This document shows, piece after piece, positions 11,201 to 22,282 of a stretch of DNA of 64,000 bases (its first letter is position 1; the number at the start of each line of letters is the position of its first letter). This DNA comes from Podarcis tiliguerta (Eukaryota), in the NCBI GenBank assembly GCA_965153285.1, contig OZ229119.1. The stretch is one strand, 5' to 3'. Made by a program: the position numbers and the translations under genes. Below the pieces are notes generated by a model, which was given only the letters and a program-made list of their open reading frames with translations, made no database searches and had not been told where the DNA came from.

Positions 11201-14200
11201 TGGCAGCATTCTCTTCTGAAGGTGTCAAGGGACTTGGGCTTTTAAGACTAATGACTTACATTGCCAACCCCTACTCAAGAGATTTTTTCCTGAACACTTT
11301 TTCCACTTAGCGTAGTAGACTGACGCAAGTCTGTCAGTGAGCATGTGCAAGCATGTGGATAAGGCCACTTGTCTTGTAAGCAGCACTGGCTTCCTTACCC
11401 TTCTTCTGTCTCATTAATGATATCACAGATCTCCATGTTGAGGGCCCAGTTTTCGTTCTGTAGGGAGCCATCAGTAGCTTTCTCTGAAGGAAGAAAACAG
11501 ACAACATCCCTAGATCTGCCTCTGAAGTATAGAATCATAGTTGGAAGGGGCCTTGAGGGTCATATAGTCCAACCCCCTGCAATGGAGGAAACCTTTGCCC
11601 AATGTGGGGCTTGAACCCACAACACTGAGATTAGGAGTCTCTCTTTTTAAATTTTTATTTATCATTTTCAATTTCATAATTTAAACAATAACAATAATCC
11701 AAAAGTAAATCACACAATTTTTTTTTACTTCCCTTCCCCAATCCATAGTTCATTTTATTATTTTCTTCTCCACTACATATTCTATTTCCCCCCCAATATC
11801 TTCTTTTTCACCGTTTTTTATCCCAGTAATTCTTACTGCTGAATGTACTCTATCACTGCTAACCTTTTAATATGTTTACAATAATTGTCAAAACAATCTA
11901 TAAAACATTCATCTTTAAATACTTTTTCATCCTGATCTCTTATTCTGTTCATTAATCTTGCCATTTCTCTATATTAATTTCGTCTGCCTTTCTTCCTTTG
12001 TTGGTATCGTATCACCTTTCCACTTCTGAGCACGTGTCATTTGTGCTGCTGTTGCATACATAACAAGAGACTTCTGGTCTTTAAATACACTTACATCTAT
12101 TATACCAAAAAGAAAAGCTTCTGAGTTTTTAACAAATTACCTTTTAAATCATTTTTTTCAGCTCATTGTAATGAGATTAAAAGTCTCAGGCTTTATGAAT
12201 GGCAGCTGCAGCACAACTGAAAATGGAAGAAAAGAAGAGGCAAGATTCCAAATATACACCCCCTGCCCAATACTCTTTCCCCACAACAGACCTAGAAATA
12301 GCCTCCATATGGTCAGAAGCACTGGCAGTCTGTGAGGTCACCATGACATCAGTAGCCTGTGCTGGCCACCGCGAGCCACTCAGCTGCCATGTACCTGAAG
12401 GGTGGCAAACCCAGCAGCTGCTAAACCTTTGCATCACAACACCTTCTGGTACAGGCAACAGGTCCCCATCCCTCATGTCGCCAGATGCTGGTACAGTAGC
12501 CTATAAACAACTGCCTCCTGAGCCACTGCTGTTCCCAGGTCTCCACCTAGCGACAGCTTCTGACTGTAACCAGCCAACGCCTTTCTCTTCATGCCGCTGG
12601 CTTCAGGCCACTCGCCCTCTGGCAGTGCAAGGATTCTCCTTGCAGTACAGCATCAAAGACACAGGAGGGAAGACAGTGACTTCCTTGTTCTTCTCTTGTG
12701 TTGCAAGGAGAATTGCAATGGGGCGCTGAAGTGAAGCAACAAACAGCTAACATGGCCAGCAGCTAGGAGCAGAATCTCCATGCTGCAAGGCCAGAGAGTA
12801 GGGCAAACAACACAGGGGAAACCACAGCAGCCTGTTTGTAAACTTCCAGAAATATCTACAGTGACTTTTGTCTTCTGGGTTTCTGGGGGTTTTCCTGTTG
12901 TTATTATGTCTCTCACAGCTACAATAAACCTACCATTAAAATTATGGACTGGTCATTACTTTGTCAGAGGGCAAACGGGCAAACTGAGCAGGGGATCAAA
13001 TACTTTCCCCCCTCACTGTAGGTTCTTTCACATTCTGAAGGACTCCCAAAGAGGCCCCATAAATCAAGCCAAATCAGGAGTAAATACGTGTGAATGTATA
13101 AGGAGGAGGGGAAATCAAGCTTCTTATTTCCATATGGATCTTGTCCTATGGGAGCCTTCAAATTCTGGGATACTCATTACAAGGCAAATTGTTACATAGT
13201 ATTTTCATTATATTTTTAGTGGGGGGTGGGATGGGGAAGAGACACACCAAAATGCCGTGGGTTAACTCTGGTCGTACAAAAATGGAGAAGCTGTTTAACT
13301 TCTTAGCATCCAAATGAGTGGGATGGGTAACAGAATGCAATGAGGGCAAACCCAGTCTTCGTCTGATGGTGTCTCTTTCAGTCGGTGTTACTCACAGCAG
13401 AATGTTGAACAGCAAGTTGTTATTACCAGCGTCTCCACCCTGTAATCAGCTCAGCCTTAACCCCTTGTGGCAAGTGGGCCCAGTAAGTCTAGGCAGAAGC
13501 CTGGACAGTGTACAAAGAGAAAATGGATACCAATAGGCTGAAGGAAAGAGGGAAACAGAGAACAACTCTATCTATTGTTCACAGTAGCATGTACCAGTGG
13601 CCAGTGGAGTAGTGGGACAACTAAGCATTGCACTTAGAAGTACAGGTTAGGATAGCCATCAATTGTACATGGAAGTGCTCCTCTACTTTTGACAGGTATA
13701 AGGTAAGCAGAACTTCCAACACTTGACTGCATTGCAAATATCAGAAAAAGCTTTCCTAGGAGAATTTCTGAAGCTCTGATGAAAGGGATGCAGAGGCAGA
13801 CCTATCACTGCTGTCTAAGGAGTAGTCAAGGATGCCAATGAAATAAGGAGGGCTGGAAGTAATCTGCACGGAAAAGGCTTGGCAACAAGAGTCCTTGAAG
13901 GATGGTACAGTCGTACCTTGGTTTTTGAACAGCTTAGTTCTCGAACGTTTTGGCTCCCGAACACCGCAAATCCGGACCAAGTGACTGTTCCGCTTTGTGA
14001 ACTATTTTTGGAAGTCAATCGTCCGACGGGGCTTCCGTGGCTTCTGATTGGTTGCAGGAGCTTCCTGCAGCCAATCAGAAGCCGTGCTTTGGTTTACAAA
14101 TGTTTTCGAAGTCACACACTTCCAGAATGGATTCCGTTTAACTTCCAAGGTACGGCTGTAAATGATGGGTAAAATATATAGCTGCTAAAGTCATCAAATC

Positions 14201-17200
14201 TTGACGATACACTGAAATTCTCTGGATCAGAAGCTAGCAATGTTAGTACCTTTTTAAAACAAAACAAAACAAAACAAATCCCGAAACACACGTCGGATAA
14301 CTTTAATTCTATTTTCAGAGTATACCATGCTCAAATTTCATTAGGTTATTAAAGTGGGGGATACCACTTTTGAATACCTCTCTGTGTAAAAAGACTCACT
14401 GATTGAGCTGCTGAAAAGGGGGCTACTTTAACATTCCTCTTCATTACATTTCCCTCTGTCTTGGCTCACTTTGCTAACCTCTACCCCAATGTGAAGAGAT
14501 CTATTCAAGGTCCCAAAATATTTACTTTCCAGAAAGGAATGCAAACAAACTGCATATACTCCTCTAGCTGCCCAGGAAAGAGGCTTACTAATAAGAAGAA
14601 AAGTCCCAAGGAGCAGAATTCAGCCAAACAACTAGATGACTATTAATCCACCAATTTAGAATCCAGTTTTATTATGGCCAACAGAAACAGCTTTGGAAGT
14701 TGAAACAATTCCTTGTATTTTGACGCATGTAAAACAGAAATCAGAGCAGAGACCAACACCAGCCAGTACATGGTGAGACAGGAGTGAGATTAGCAAATAA
14801 ATCCAAGGACAATGCGAGCAACAATATATAAGGAAGGCTGGGCATATGCTGCATATCCTAAGTAAAAAATAAACACAGAAAATCCAATCTGCTTTCAAAA
14901 CTAAGGCTGCACATTTTTGCTATGCACACCAATTGTCGGACAGATAGATATAGAGAGATACAGATATACAGTATCGCAGTATTTCATCTATTTTAATGAA
15001 AGTAAATGTCCACATGTTAAACTCTACACAACTTTCCATGATGTGTTTGCTGGTCAGCACAGAACACACACAGGCGAAGTTTTACAGCGGGTGGATAGCA
15101 TTCAGTTCAGTGGGGTTTACTGCTAGGTTTATTGCAACCCAAGAGCTTAACCATATTCTCACTAGGGACCATAGACTCATATTTTAGATTCAGCCGCATA
15201 CCTGCAACACTGATATAATACTAGCATAGCTTATAGGATTGTTGGAAGCGTTGCTGTGGTAACAACTTGGAAGCATACTGAACCCAATTTTTCAAAGTGT
15301 CCTGTAATATTTATAATTATTATTATGATTATTAAGTTCTGAAAGGAAGTAAATGTGATAGAACGGACATCTGTCTGTGAAGATATAGGCCTACGACCTA
15401 CACCTACGTACATAGACCAGAAGTATATGGATGCTAGGATAGAACCTTTGCCACTGAAGGTGTTAGGACATGCAAACTGGGGACAGAGCTCAGCTGCCAG
15501 CTTGGGTATAGGAAGGCCTCCATGAGATCTTTGGGAGAAAGGGCCTGTTCTTTTCCTACCTAGGTAAAGGTAAAGGGACCCCTGACCATTAAGTCCAGTT
15601 GCGGATGACTCTGGGGTTGCGGTGCTCATCTCACTTTACTGGCCGACGGAGCCGGCATTTGTCCACAGACAGCTTCCGGGTCATGTGGCCAGCATGACTA
15701 AGCCGCTTCTGGCAAACCAGAGCAGTGCATGGAAACACCGTTTACCTTCCCACCGGAGCAGTACCTATTTATCTACTTGCATTTGCCGTGCTTTCAAACT
15801 GCTAGGTTGGCAGGAGCAGGGACTGAACAACGGGAACTTGCCCTGTTGCAGGGATTTGAACCACCAACCTTCTGATCGGCAAGCCCTAGGCTCTGTGGTT
15901 TAGACCACAGTGCCACCTGTGTCCCTCTTCTCCTACCTAGCATAAGACAAAGGTGGGCATCTTGTAGATGTAGACCTACCACCCCACAAACCCCTTTAAA
16001 TTAATTTAAAATAGCATAAAATAGTTGACTGATGTAAATTAACCCAACAAAATTTAAAGTATATTATTACGTTAAATTATTTTTCAGTAATCGATTATAA
16101 AGGAAAACAAATTAAAATCGTTATCAAACACACTTCTCTTCCAGACCCAAACAGAACATGCTGTTATTACAACTAATTCAGCTTATCATCTCTTTTATGG
16201 AAACTGCCAGCGCCATTTCCAGCAGTTAACAATCCCTCTGACAGACCACAGGCATTCAAGTGGAAGTGGTTGTGGGTGAGTGAGTGTGGGTGGTCCAATT
16301 CTGACACCTGACAATCTAGCTCAGAGGTTTTTTTAACTGCTTGATAGGGAGTCTCCTGAAATACCTATATGCAAAACCCTTCGACGTTCAACTCAAACTG
16401 TATCATCTCATTGCTCCCATCCTTCATCTGAGTGAATGTGGGATTGTCAGATGAAAAAAGAAAGGAGGGATCATTACCACATGGGACCTCTGGAATGACC
16501 TTAAAAACAGAGAATGAGCTACACACCCACTCAAACACTGACTATCTACAAAAGAAGTGGGCCACAGGGATGCTGACAGTGCTACAAACCTCTTCTGTCA
16601 CTCTAACTGAGCATTTTAAAGAGCACCTTTTTAGACAGGCGCTTCATACAGCTGGAATTTTAATCAGTTCCAGCTTCTTATTTGTAATAAATCCATGGGA
16701 TGGATTTTGAGTTAGTGATGTTTTTTTTAAAAGGGGGGGGGAGGAAATCCTGGATTTTACCGCTTTGATGAAGATTTACATAAACACAAAGGCTATTCAT
16801 TGGTCACATGAAGGATCTGGATGCTGGGCTCTGCTTCAAGAGCTGTAATTAGAACCATCCACACCTTCTGAAAACTAACCCAGGGCAACATGGCTTCTGC
16901 AGAGAAGGGTGTATCAGACAGCAGACACAGGAGCACAAATCTCACTGACAACAAACATGCCAAATTGTAGGTTAGCAAATGGAGCACTCCAAGCTTCAGC
17001 TTGTGCAAGCGTCTCTGGCTTACTTCAAAGTCAGTTCAGGAGGGTGTCAGTTTGCCTCCAGGGTGTGGCGACTGGCAATTTTGTCACACAACATTTAAGT
17101 GTTATGTTTTACAGGCTGGTCAGGTTATTTCAGATTTCAGGGGGCTCTGGTATGCTCTGTAACTGAAGCATTTACTATCTCAAAATAAGGGCCAGGAAGG

Positions 17201-20144
17201 ATGCATCAGTGAAAATTCTCAGTGCAACTATCAGATTAAGAATTTATTCTAAAGACAGGGTAGAACATCAAGGGCAACATTATATTGTTAACACACAGCA
17301 CTGGCTGCAAATTTTGCAGTTGTAAAACATGGATTTTAAAATCGGACTTTAACCCTAGCTATTCTCTGTGATATGGTTCAGTGCTGACTACATTGTTGTA
17401 AACAATACATGTGCCTCCCTTGAAAGAGGGCAAAGCTTTTAAGCTGGTTTTCAAACTACAGAATAGGGATTTTAGAAATATTACCTAGAAAGAAATATTG
17501 CAGTATTTCATTCAGTTTCAAATCACTTTTACTCAAATGATTCATCAGGCACTACTTCACAATGATCCTAATTGGATAGATTTAGTCTTCAGTCAGTATC
17601 TTATACATTGTTAAAAAGGTAAAGGTACCCCTGCCCGTACGGGCCAGTCTTGACAGACTCTAGGGTTGTGCGCCCATCTCACTCAAAGAGGCCGGGGGCC
17701 AGCGCTGTCCGAAGACACTTCCGGGTCACGTGGCCAGCGTGACATCGCTGCTCTGGCGAGCCAGAGCCGCACACGGAAACGCCGTTTACCTTCCTGCTAG
17801 TAAGCGGTCCCTATTTATCTACTTGCACTTAAGGGTGCTTTCGAACTGCTAGGTTGGCAGGCGCTGGGACCGAACAACGGGAGCGCACCCCGCCACGGGG
17901 ATTCGAACTGCCGACCTTTCGATCGGCAAGCCCTAGGTGCTGAGGCTTTAACCGACAGCGCCACCCGTGTCCCACATTGTTACTAGGAGATATTTTCTGA
18001 AGACGGACATTCTCAGTACAGTACAGCCAAATCAGTGTGTGCCATGGGAATGAAATAAGTAACTACGAAGAGAACTGTCATTTTATGCTAGCTCTTCCTC
18101 ATGTTTCAACTTCTGAATCATCCTTCATTAATCAGTCACAAACCCATGACCAAGAACCTTTTAAAGGGATTAAGTCTACACTGGACAGAAAATGCACGAT
18201 TTTAACCATGTAATATCTATATTGTCATCTTAACTTTTTAAAAAATAAAATAAAAAATACAGTAATCTCCACCTACTGGATCCTGACTCACCAGTGAGTC
18301 TGATAATCTCCAGAATTTCCCCATGCACCATGGAAGCTTTAAGTGAACATAGCATTGTCAGAAGTGGATACGAATGACAGAACAGAGCATTTAATTTCTG
18401 CCAGCTTTAGTGCATCCTTAACTAATGAAACCTGGAGAAAATATACAGGATTAGGCATCCCACTCCACCCCACCCCACCTTTTTGGTGTGGGGTGCAGTG
18501 GCAGCCAAAATTGTGGCGCCCAAAAGCTCTGTGCACAGTGCAACCAAACTGATCACATTCCCCTAAATCTGCCTCTGTGGTATTCCTGTTTGTGTAGAGT
18601 TTACAAGGAATCCCAAGGAATTTATCAGCCCTCAGCTTTATAATCACTTGTAGCACACCTCCTACAGATAGCACTGGATTGCCTCAGAAATAAAAAATTC
18701 CCTACCTTCCAACTCAGAGCCAGTATCAGCAATAGCCATCTGCTAAACATCCTAGCAGGCCTGCCACCGGGATCCGCCACTGGCTCTCTTTTTGTGGCTA
18801 AACAACCAACCCAAAGTGTCAGGCAGCTGAGTCTCACTGCTGTTTATATTTCCCACAATGCCTCAGTGCAACACTGCCAGCTACCCAGTGCTGCTCCTGC
18901 CATCCCAGCACATGAACCCATAGATGAAGGGCCACAACCTGTGCCTACCCCATCCATGTACACAGTGCAGGATTTATGTATAATCTCAACAAGCTATAGC
19001 TTAAGGCCTCACTCTCTTGAGCCCCCCCAAAAAACCTGGATGTACATTTCCAAAATATAAGGTAAAAAACAAATAAAATAAAACCTACGTACAGCAACAG
19101 TGTTTTGTGTTGTGTATTACTTTGATACATATTTTGTTATGTGCAAATGGCTTTAGATACCTATTAGGTCCATAAACTACCATACAGCATATATTCAACA
19201 AAAAAGCAGCAACAATTGGTTGTTGACGAAGGGCAACTGGACATATAAAGGGCCCCATCACCTTCAGTAGCTTAGGACCTCATCAAACCTAAATCCGGCC
19301 CTGCATGTACACATTTAGTGGTTCCCTGGAAAGAATATCAAGCCTGTTTCTCTGGAAAGGGGCTTCTCTCTATGTCTCTCCTCGGAACAACCATATGTGA
19401 CTACCAACTTTTAGGACTGTCTTTTGAGATCTCTAGGTCAAAGACCAGCTTGCCTGGAGTGCTGCACGGAGGTGCAAACAGAAGGCCAGAAAGCAGCACC
19501 TGTTTAAAGTGGCCTGCCAACAAATGCCGTTGCGACACCCGCAGCTTCCTCCACGCCTCTACACAGAGCCATTAGGTTGGCAGCCGAGGAGGGCAGCGGG
19601 ACTTTCCCCTCAGCCAGGTACTTTACAACCGCTCCATATTGTCCTCAGGCAGCCCCTGCCCCCCACTCCCCTCGCTTTGGGAAGGTGGTCGGGGTGAGCA
19701 GCGAAGAGGCTTAGGCTCCAGGGGGCGTGGCGCCCACTCGGAGCGGGGTGCGGCCCCTTTAAATGAGAAAACTTTTTATCTAGTGCGCGAGACTCCTCCC
19801 GTCTCCCCCCTCCTCACCACAAGCCCCGATTGGCTTAGGAGGGCAGCCCCGAGAGCCCACCTCCTAGCTCGCTCCCCATTGGCTAGCACTCGTTGCCGAT
19901 CAACATAATCCCGTCTTCCCATTGGCCCAGGTACCCTGAACCCCGCCTATTCACCGTAAAGGTAACCCCCCCCCCGCCTGAGGTAAGAACCTCGACGGGA
20001 GGGGGGAGGGAAGGGAAATACTCGCAAACGCCACAGAAGCGAATTTGCGGAGTTGGTAAAAGGAGGGCCGCGGCGAGGTTCGGCGTTCTTACCGATGCGC
20101 TGCCCCACGGGAGAGCTGAAAGGGTTGCCCAGGAGAAACTCCAT
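3332..20144 (-). CDS. TOM1: Target of Myb1 membrane trafficking protein (VHS+GAT endosomal adaptor), partial: exons 1-11, 3' exons outside window
   Basis: join of 20144-20093, 11483-11399, 8796-8718, 8259-8110, 7294-7160, 5863-5717, 5080-4964, 4729-4596, 4482-4449, 4000-3892, 3452-3332 gives one open frame (1163 nt): [51 protein letters not shown]...[22 protein letters not shown], recognised as TOM1; all introns GT-AG. Confidence 0.97.
3892..4000 (-). CDS. TOM1: TOM1 exon 10 ([16 protein letters not shown]...SSQLAEM)
   Basis: 109 nt (106 nt if the second AG of a tandem AAG/CAG acceptor is used), |GTGAGT donor; carries the NLID motif. Confidence 0.9.
4449..4482 (-). CDS. TOM1: TOM1 exon 9 ([11 protein letters not shown])
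   Basis: 34 nt, CATAG| acceptor, |GTGAAT donor. Confidence 0.93.
4596..4729 (-). CDS. TOM1: TOM1 exon 8 ([19 protein letters not shown]...NNIFLRHER)
   Basis: 134 nt, overlaps ORF 4514..4705; GGTAG| acceptor, |GTATTC donor. Confidence 0.95.
4964..5080 (-). CDS. TOM1: TOM1 exon 7 (GAT domain, [25 protein letters not shown]...)
   Basis: 117 nt, TTCAG| acceptor, |GTAGGA donor. Confidence 0.96.
5262..5289. repeat. (TG)n microsatellite
   Basis: directly visible dinucleotide run. Confidence 0.9.
5526..5696. mobile_element. Probable hAT-type MITE
   Basis: TIR TAGAGATGG...CCATCTCTA; imperfect 8-bp TSD ctacactg / ctacatta. Confidence 0.5.
5717..5863 (-). CDS. TOM1: TOM1 exon 6 (VHS-GAT linker, TVYTSGSP...PITPTPEQ)
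   Basis: 147 nt, CCTAG| acceptor, |GTAGGT donor, in frame. Confidence 0.93.
6005..6236 (-). mobile_element. tRNA-derived MIR/CORE-type squamate SINE (Squam3-like)
   Basis: minus-strand head GAGAGCCAGTGTGGCGTAATGGTTAGAGTG...GGTTCGAACCC (A and B boxes), AT-rich tail. Confidence 0.75.
7160..7294 (-). CDS. TOM1: TOM1 exon 5 ([45 protein letters not shown])
   Basis: 135 nt, TGCAG| acceptor, |GTAAGG donor. Confidence 0.96.
8110..8259 (-). CDS. TOM1: TOM1 exon 4 ([14 protein letters not shown]...[10 protein letters not shown])
   Basis: 150 nt inside ORF 8098..8343; TACAG| acceptor, |GTGAGT donor. Confidence 0.97.
8718..8796 (-). CDS. TOM1: TOM1 exon 3 ([26 protein letters not shown])
   Basis: 79 nt, CTTAG| acceptor, |GTGAGT donor. 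Confidence 0.96.
9890..10062 (+). mobile_element. LINE (L2-like) 3' end with (TTA)n tail
   Basis: ...CCCAGAGTGGCTG...CAGCCAGATGGGCGGGGTATAAATAA(TTA)n; related tails at ~4065-4137, 4336-4400, 43398-43455, 45295-45420. Confidence 0.6.
11399..11483 (-). CDS. TOM1: TOM1 exon 2 ([32 protein letters not shown] domain)
   Basis: 85 nt, TTCAG| acceptor, |GTAAGG donor. Confidence 0.96.
11642..12171 (-). mobile_element. 5'-truncated L1-like LINE 3' fragment
   Basis: degenerate minus-strand translation resembling L1 ORF2 C-terminus ([24 protein letters not shown]), T-rich tail on +, ~16-bp imperfect direct repeats at 11626-11641 and 12172-12187. Confidence 0.65.
13908..14158. mobile_element. Tc1/mariner (Tigger/pogo-like) MITE
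   Basis: TA|CAGTCGTACCTTGG ... CCAAGGTACGGCTG|TA terminal inverted repeats with TA TSD; internal palindrome cttctgattgg...ccaatcagaag. Confidence 0.8.
15564..15925 (-). mobile_element. Sauria SINE (Squam1-type), full length
   Basis: (ACCTTT)n tail, GGGAC head, ~15-bp TSD tctt(t/c)tcctacctag at 15549-15563 and 15926-15940. Confidence 0.88.
17614..17973 (-). mobile_element. Sauria SINE, CpG-rich (young) variant
   Basis: same architecture as 15564 copy; perfect 9-bp TSD acattgtta at 17605-17613 and 17974-17982. Confidence 0.88.
18963..19303. mobile_element. hAT-type non-autonomous DNA transposon
   Basis: TIRs CAGTGCAGGATTTA / TAAATCCGGCCCTG; perfect 8-bp TSD catgtaca at 18955-18962 and 19304-19311. 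Confidence 0.8.
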
Positions 20145-20660
20145 CGCCGCGGCCGCACAGCTCAGCAGAGATCAGCTGACATGGCCCGCGAGAGCGCGTC
20201 ACGTGACCTCCTCGGGACCAAGAGAGGCGTGTCCGCGGACCTCCCTCCCACCCCCGCCCTCGTGACGTCAGCGCCCCGGCGCGTTCCAAGCTGAACTTCA
20301 AAGGCGATGTTGTTGGGGAGCTTTACGGAAGGGATGACTCAGCGCGCTAAGGGGAAGAGCCCGATCCCAAACATGCTCGCCGGGAGAGCAAGCCCTAATG
20401 AGTGTGGGACTTGCTTCTTTGCGAGCATGCTTGGGAGTAGGTTTTCAGCCGAGAGGTCGATTGGTTTATGACGGTGGCGGGTGACGTCACAGAGGATTCT
20501 TAACTGGGACACAAGCACGCCCACACTCTCTCCACCCTTCCCCTGTGGTCTAATATGTTCCTTAGGCAGTTGCTGCTTTTGAAATAGAAACGTGGCCAGT
20601 GCAGGTCTTTTGCAATCGTACCTGCGGGTTTCATGGATCGTTGTGGCGCCTGCCAAACGA
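19500..20660. promoter_or_regulatory. CpG-island promoter of TOM1
   Basis: CpG-rich around exon 1; GTCACGTGAC 20198-20207, GC box 20251-20260, TGACGTCA 20263-20270 and 20482-20489, TGACTCAGC 20335-20343. Confidence 0.85.
20093..20144 (-). CDS. TOM1: TOM1 exon 1 ([17 protein letters not shown])
   Basis: ATG at 20144, 52 nt, donor G|GTAAGA. Confidence 0.96.
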
Positions 20661-22276
20661 AAATGTTTTTCCTCCGTTACCATCCAGACTAAAGAAGCAT
20701 AGGAGCAAAAACCTCAGCAGCTGCTGAAACTGTAGCAAACTAGCTTGGAGCTAGTCTTGGATTAAGAACAGGATACAGATATGATTGGGAAAGATGATGG
20801 GCTTCATAGCCTGGTGCTTAGTTGGAGAGGCAGGTTTGTCTGTTAACACAGCAATTAAAAACACACATAGAAATTTTAAACTGCTTCCAGCATTCTCGGT
20901 CACTAGAACTTCCTTTGGGAGTGTGTTTAAATCCTGCCTAACCACAAAAAAACTCACAAACAAAAGAATCACGCACAGGAATGTTCGCTTGAAGAGTAAA
21001 TGGTTTCCAGATTTGACAACATACAGTATATAGGTGAACCATTGTGTTCTTCAAATGAACACACTAGGATTCCTCATGGCTGTTTCATATCTAGGCAGTT
21101 ACAGCACTGGACAGTATTTCAACTTGGGCAGCATAGCAGGCACAAAGTCATTCAGAATCACAGAATTTGTAGAGTTGGAAAGGACCCTGAGGATCATTTA
21201 GTCCAACCCCCTGCAATGCTGGAATATGCAGCTGTCGCATACAGGAATCAAACCTGCAACTTTGGCATTATTTTAAAATATTTATATGCCACCTTTCTGA
21301 GTAGCACTCTTCCAGAGTAGTTTCGATATTAAATTTCAAAAATAGTATCAATGAAAATGTGTAACATAAAACAAAATAGTAGTTCCAGAGATCCAGCAAT
21401 TCATGAAGAACAGGTTAGGAAAAAAGGTCTCCTAGCCAGTGTTGCTTATGTAAAGACAGCTTCTGACACAGTCTTAAACCTTCTGACAAAGTATTAAGAA
21501 TTACACAGAAACCCAATTGCAATCAATGAGTTAACACAGTGACCGTTACTGGTAGATCATACTGCTTGCTTTCAATCTAAAAAAAACTGGTGGAATGAGT
21601 GAAAGTAGAAAGATAGTTATGGACTATACTGAGGCATGTAAAAATTACCAAATAGAGAACTTATATAGTTGTGGAGTGGGGGGGTTATGAACAGGGATGT
21701 TGTAAAACTGATTTTTTAAAAAAATAAGTAATTTGCCAAGACCAAACATCTCATAGATGAAATATTGGTGGTCATGAGGCATATGAAATTAATCAAGATT
21801 CAAGTTCCGATTTTTAAAAAAGTTTATATACATTAGCAAAACATTTATACAATGCAATTTGGACTAGATGGCAGGAAATAACAAATGTAAAAAAGTATGA
21901 GGGGTATATCCAAAGCTCTCCAGTACCAAATGTCACACAACACAGATTATACAAATGTTTACAAATTTTAAATAAAAATACATCAGTACATTTATCTTTT
22001 AAAAAGTCAAGTTTGCCATAGTGCAGATGGCAGAACTGAAGTAGAGCCCCTTTGACTGTTTGACTCAAAGGAAGTTTCTGACAATTATCTAGGTTTAAAG
22101 TGATTGAGCCAGGATTCTCTTCACCACTCAAGTGTTACTTGAGACACAAAAGGCTCTGTAAAAATCAAGATGTTAGCTCCCAGCACATGGGCTTGTTTAC
22201 AGAATAGCACCTAATACAGCTAGCCTGTCCCCCTTGGGATTAACTAGGGAAAACTTGTGAAGAAAGTGAGAACTTT

Positions 22277-22282
22277 TTTATT
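22277..22282 (-). terminator. Candidate HMGXB4 polyadenylation signal (AATAAA)
   Basis: tttatt on + strand ~1.5 kb downstream of the stop codon; the AT-rich 3' UTR could also extend to ~21.8 kb. Confidence 0.35.

Noticed and set aside
12199-12729. 176-aa plus-strand ORF in TOM1 intron 1
   Set aside because: No recognisable domain, starts at a repeat edge and has no supporting splice structure; a chance ORF of this length is plausible in 64 kb
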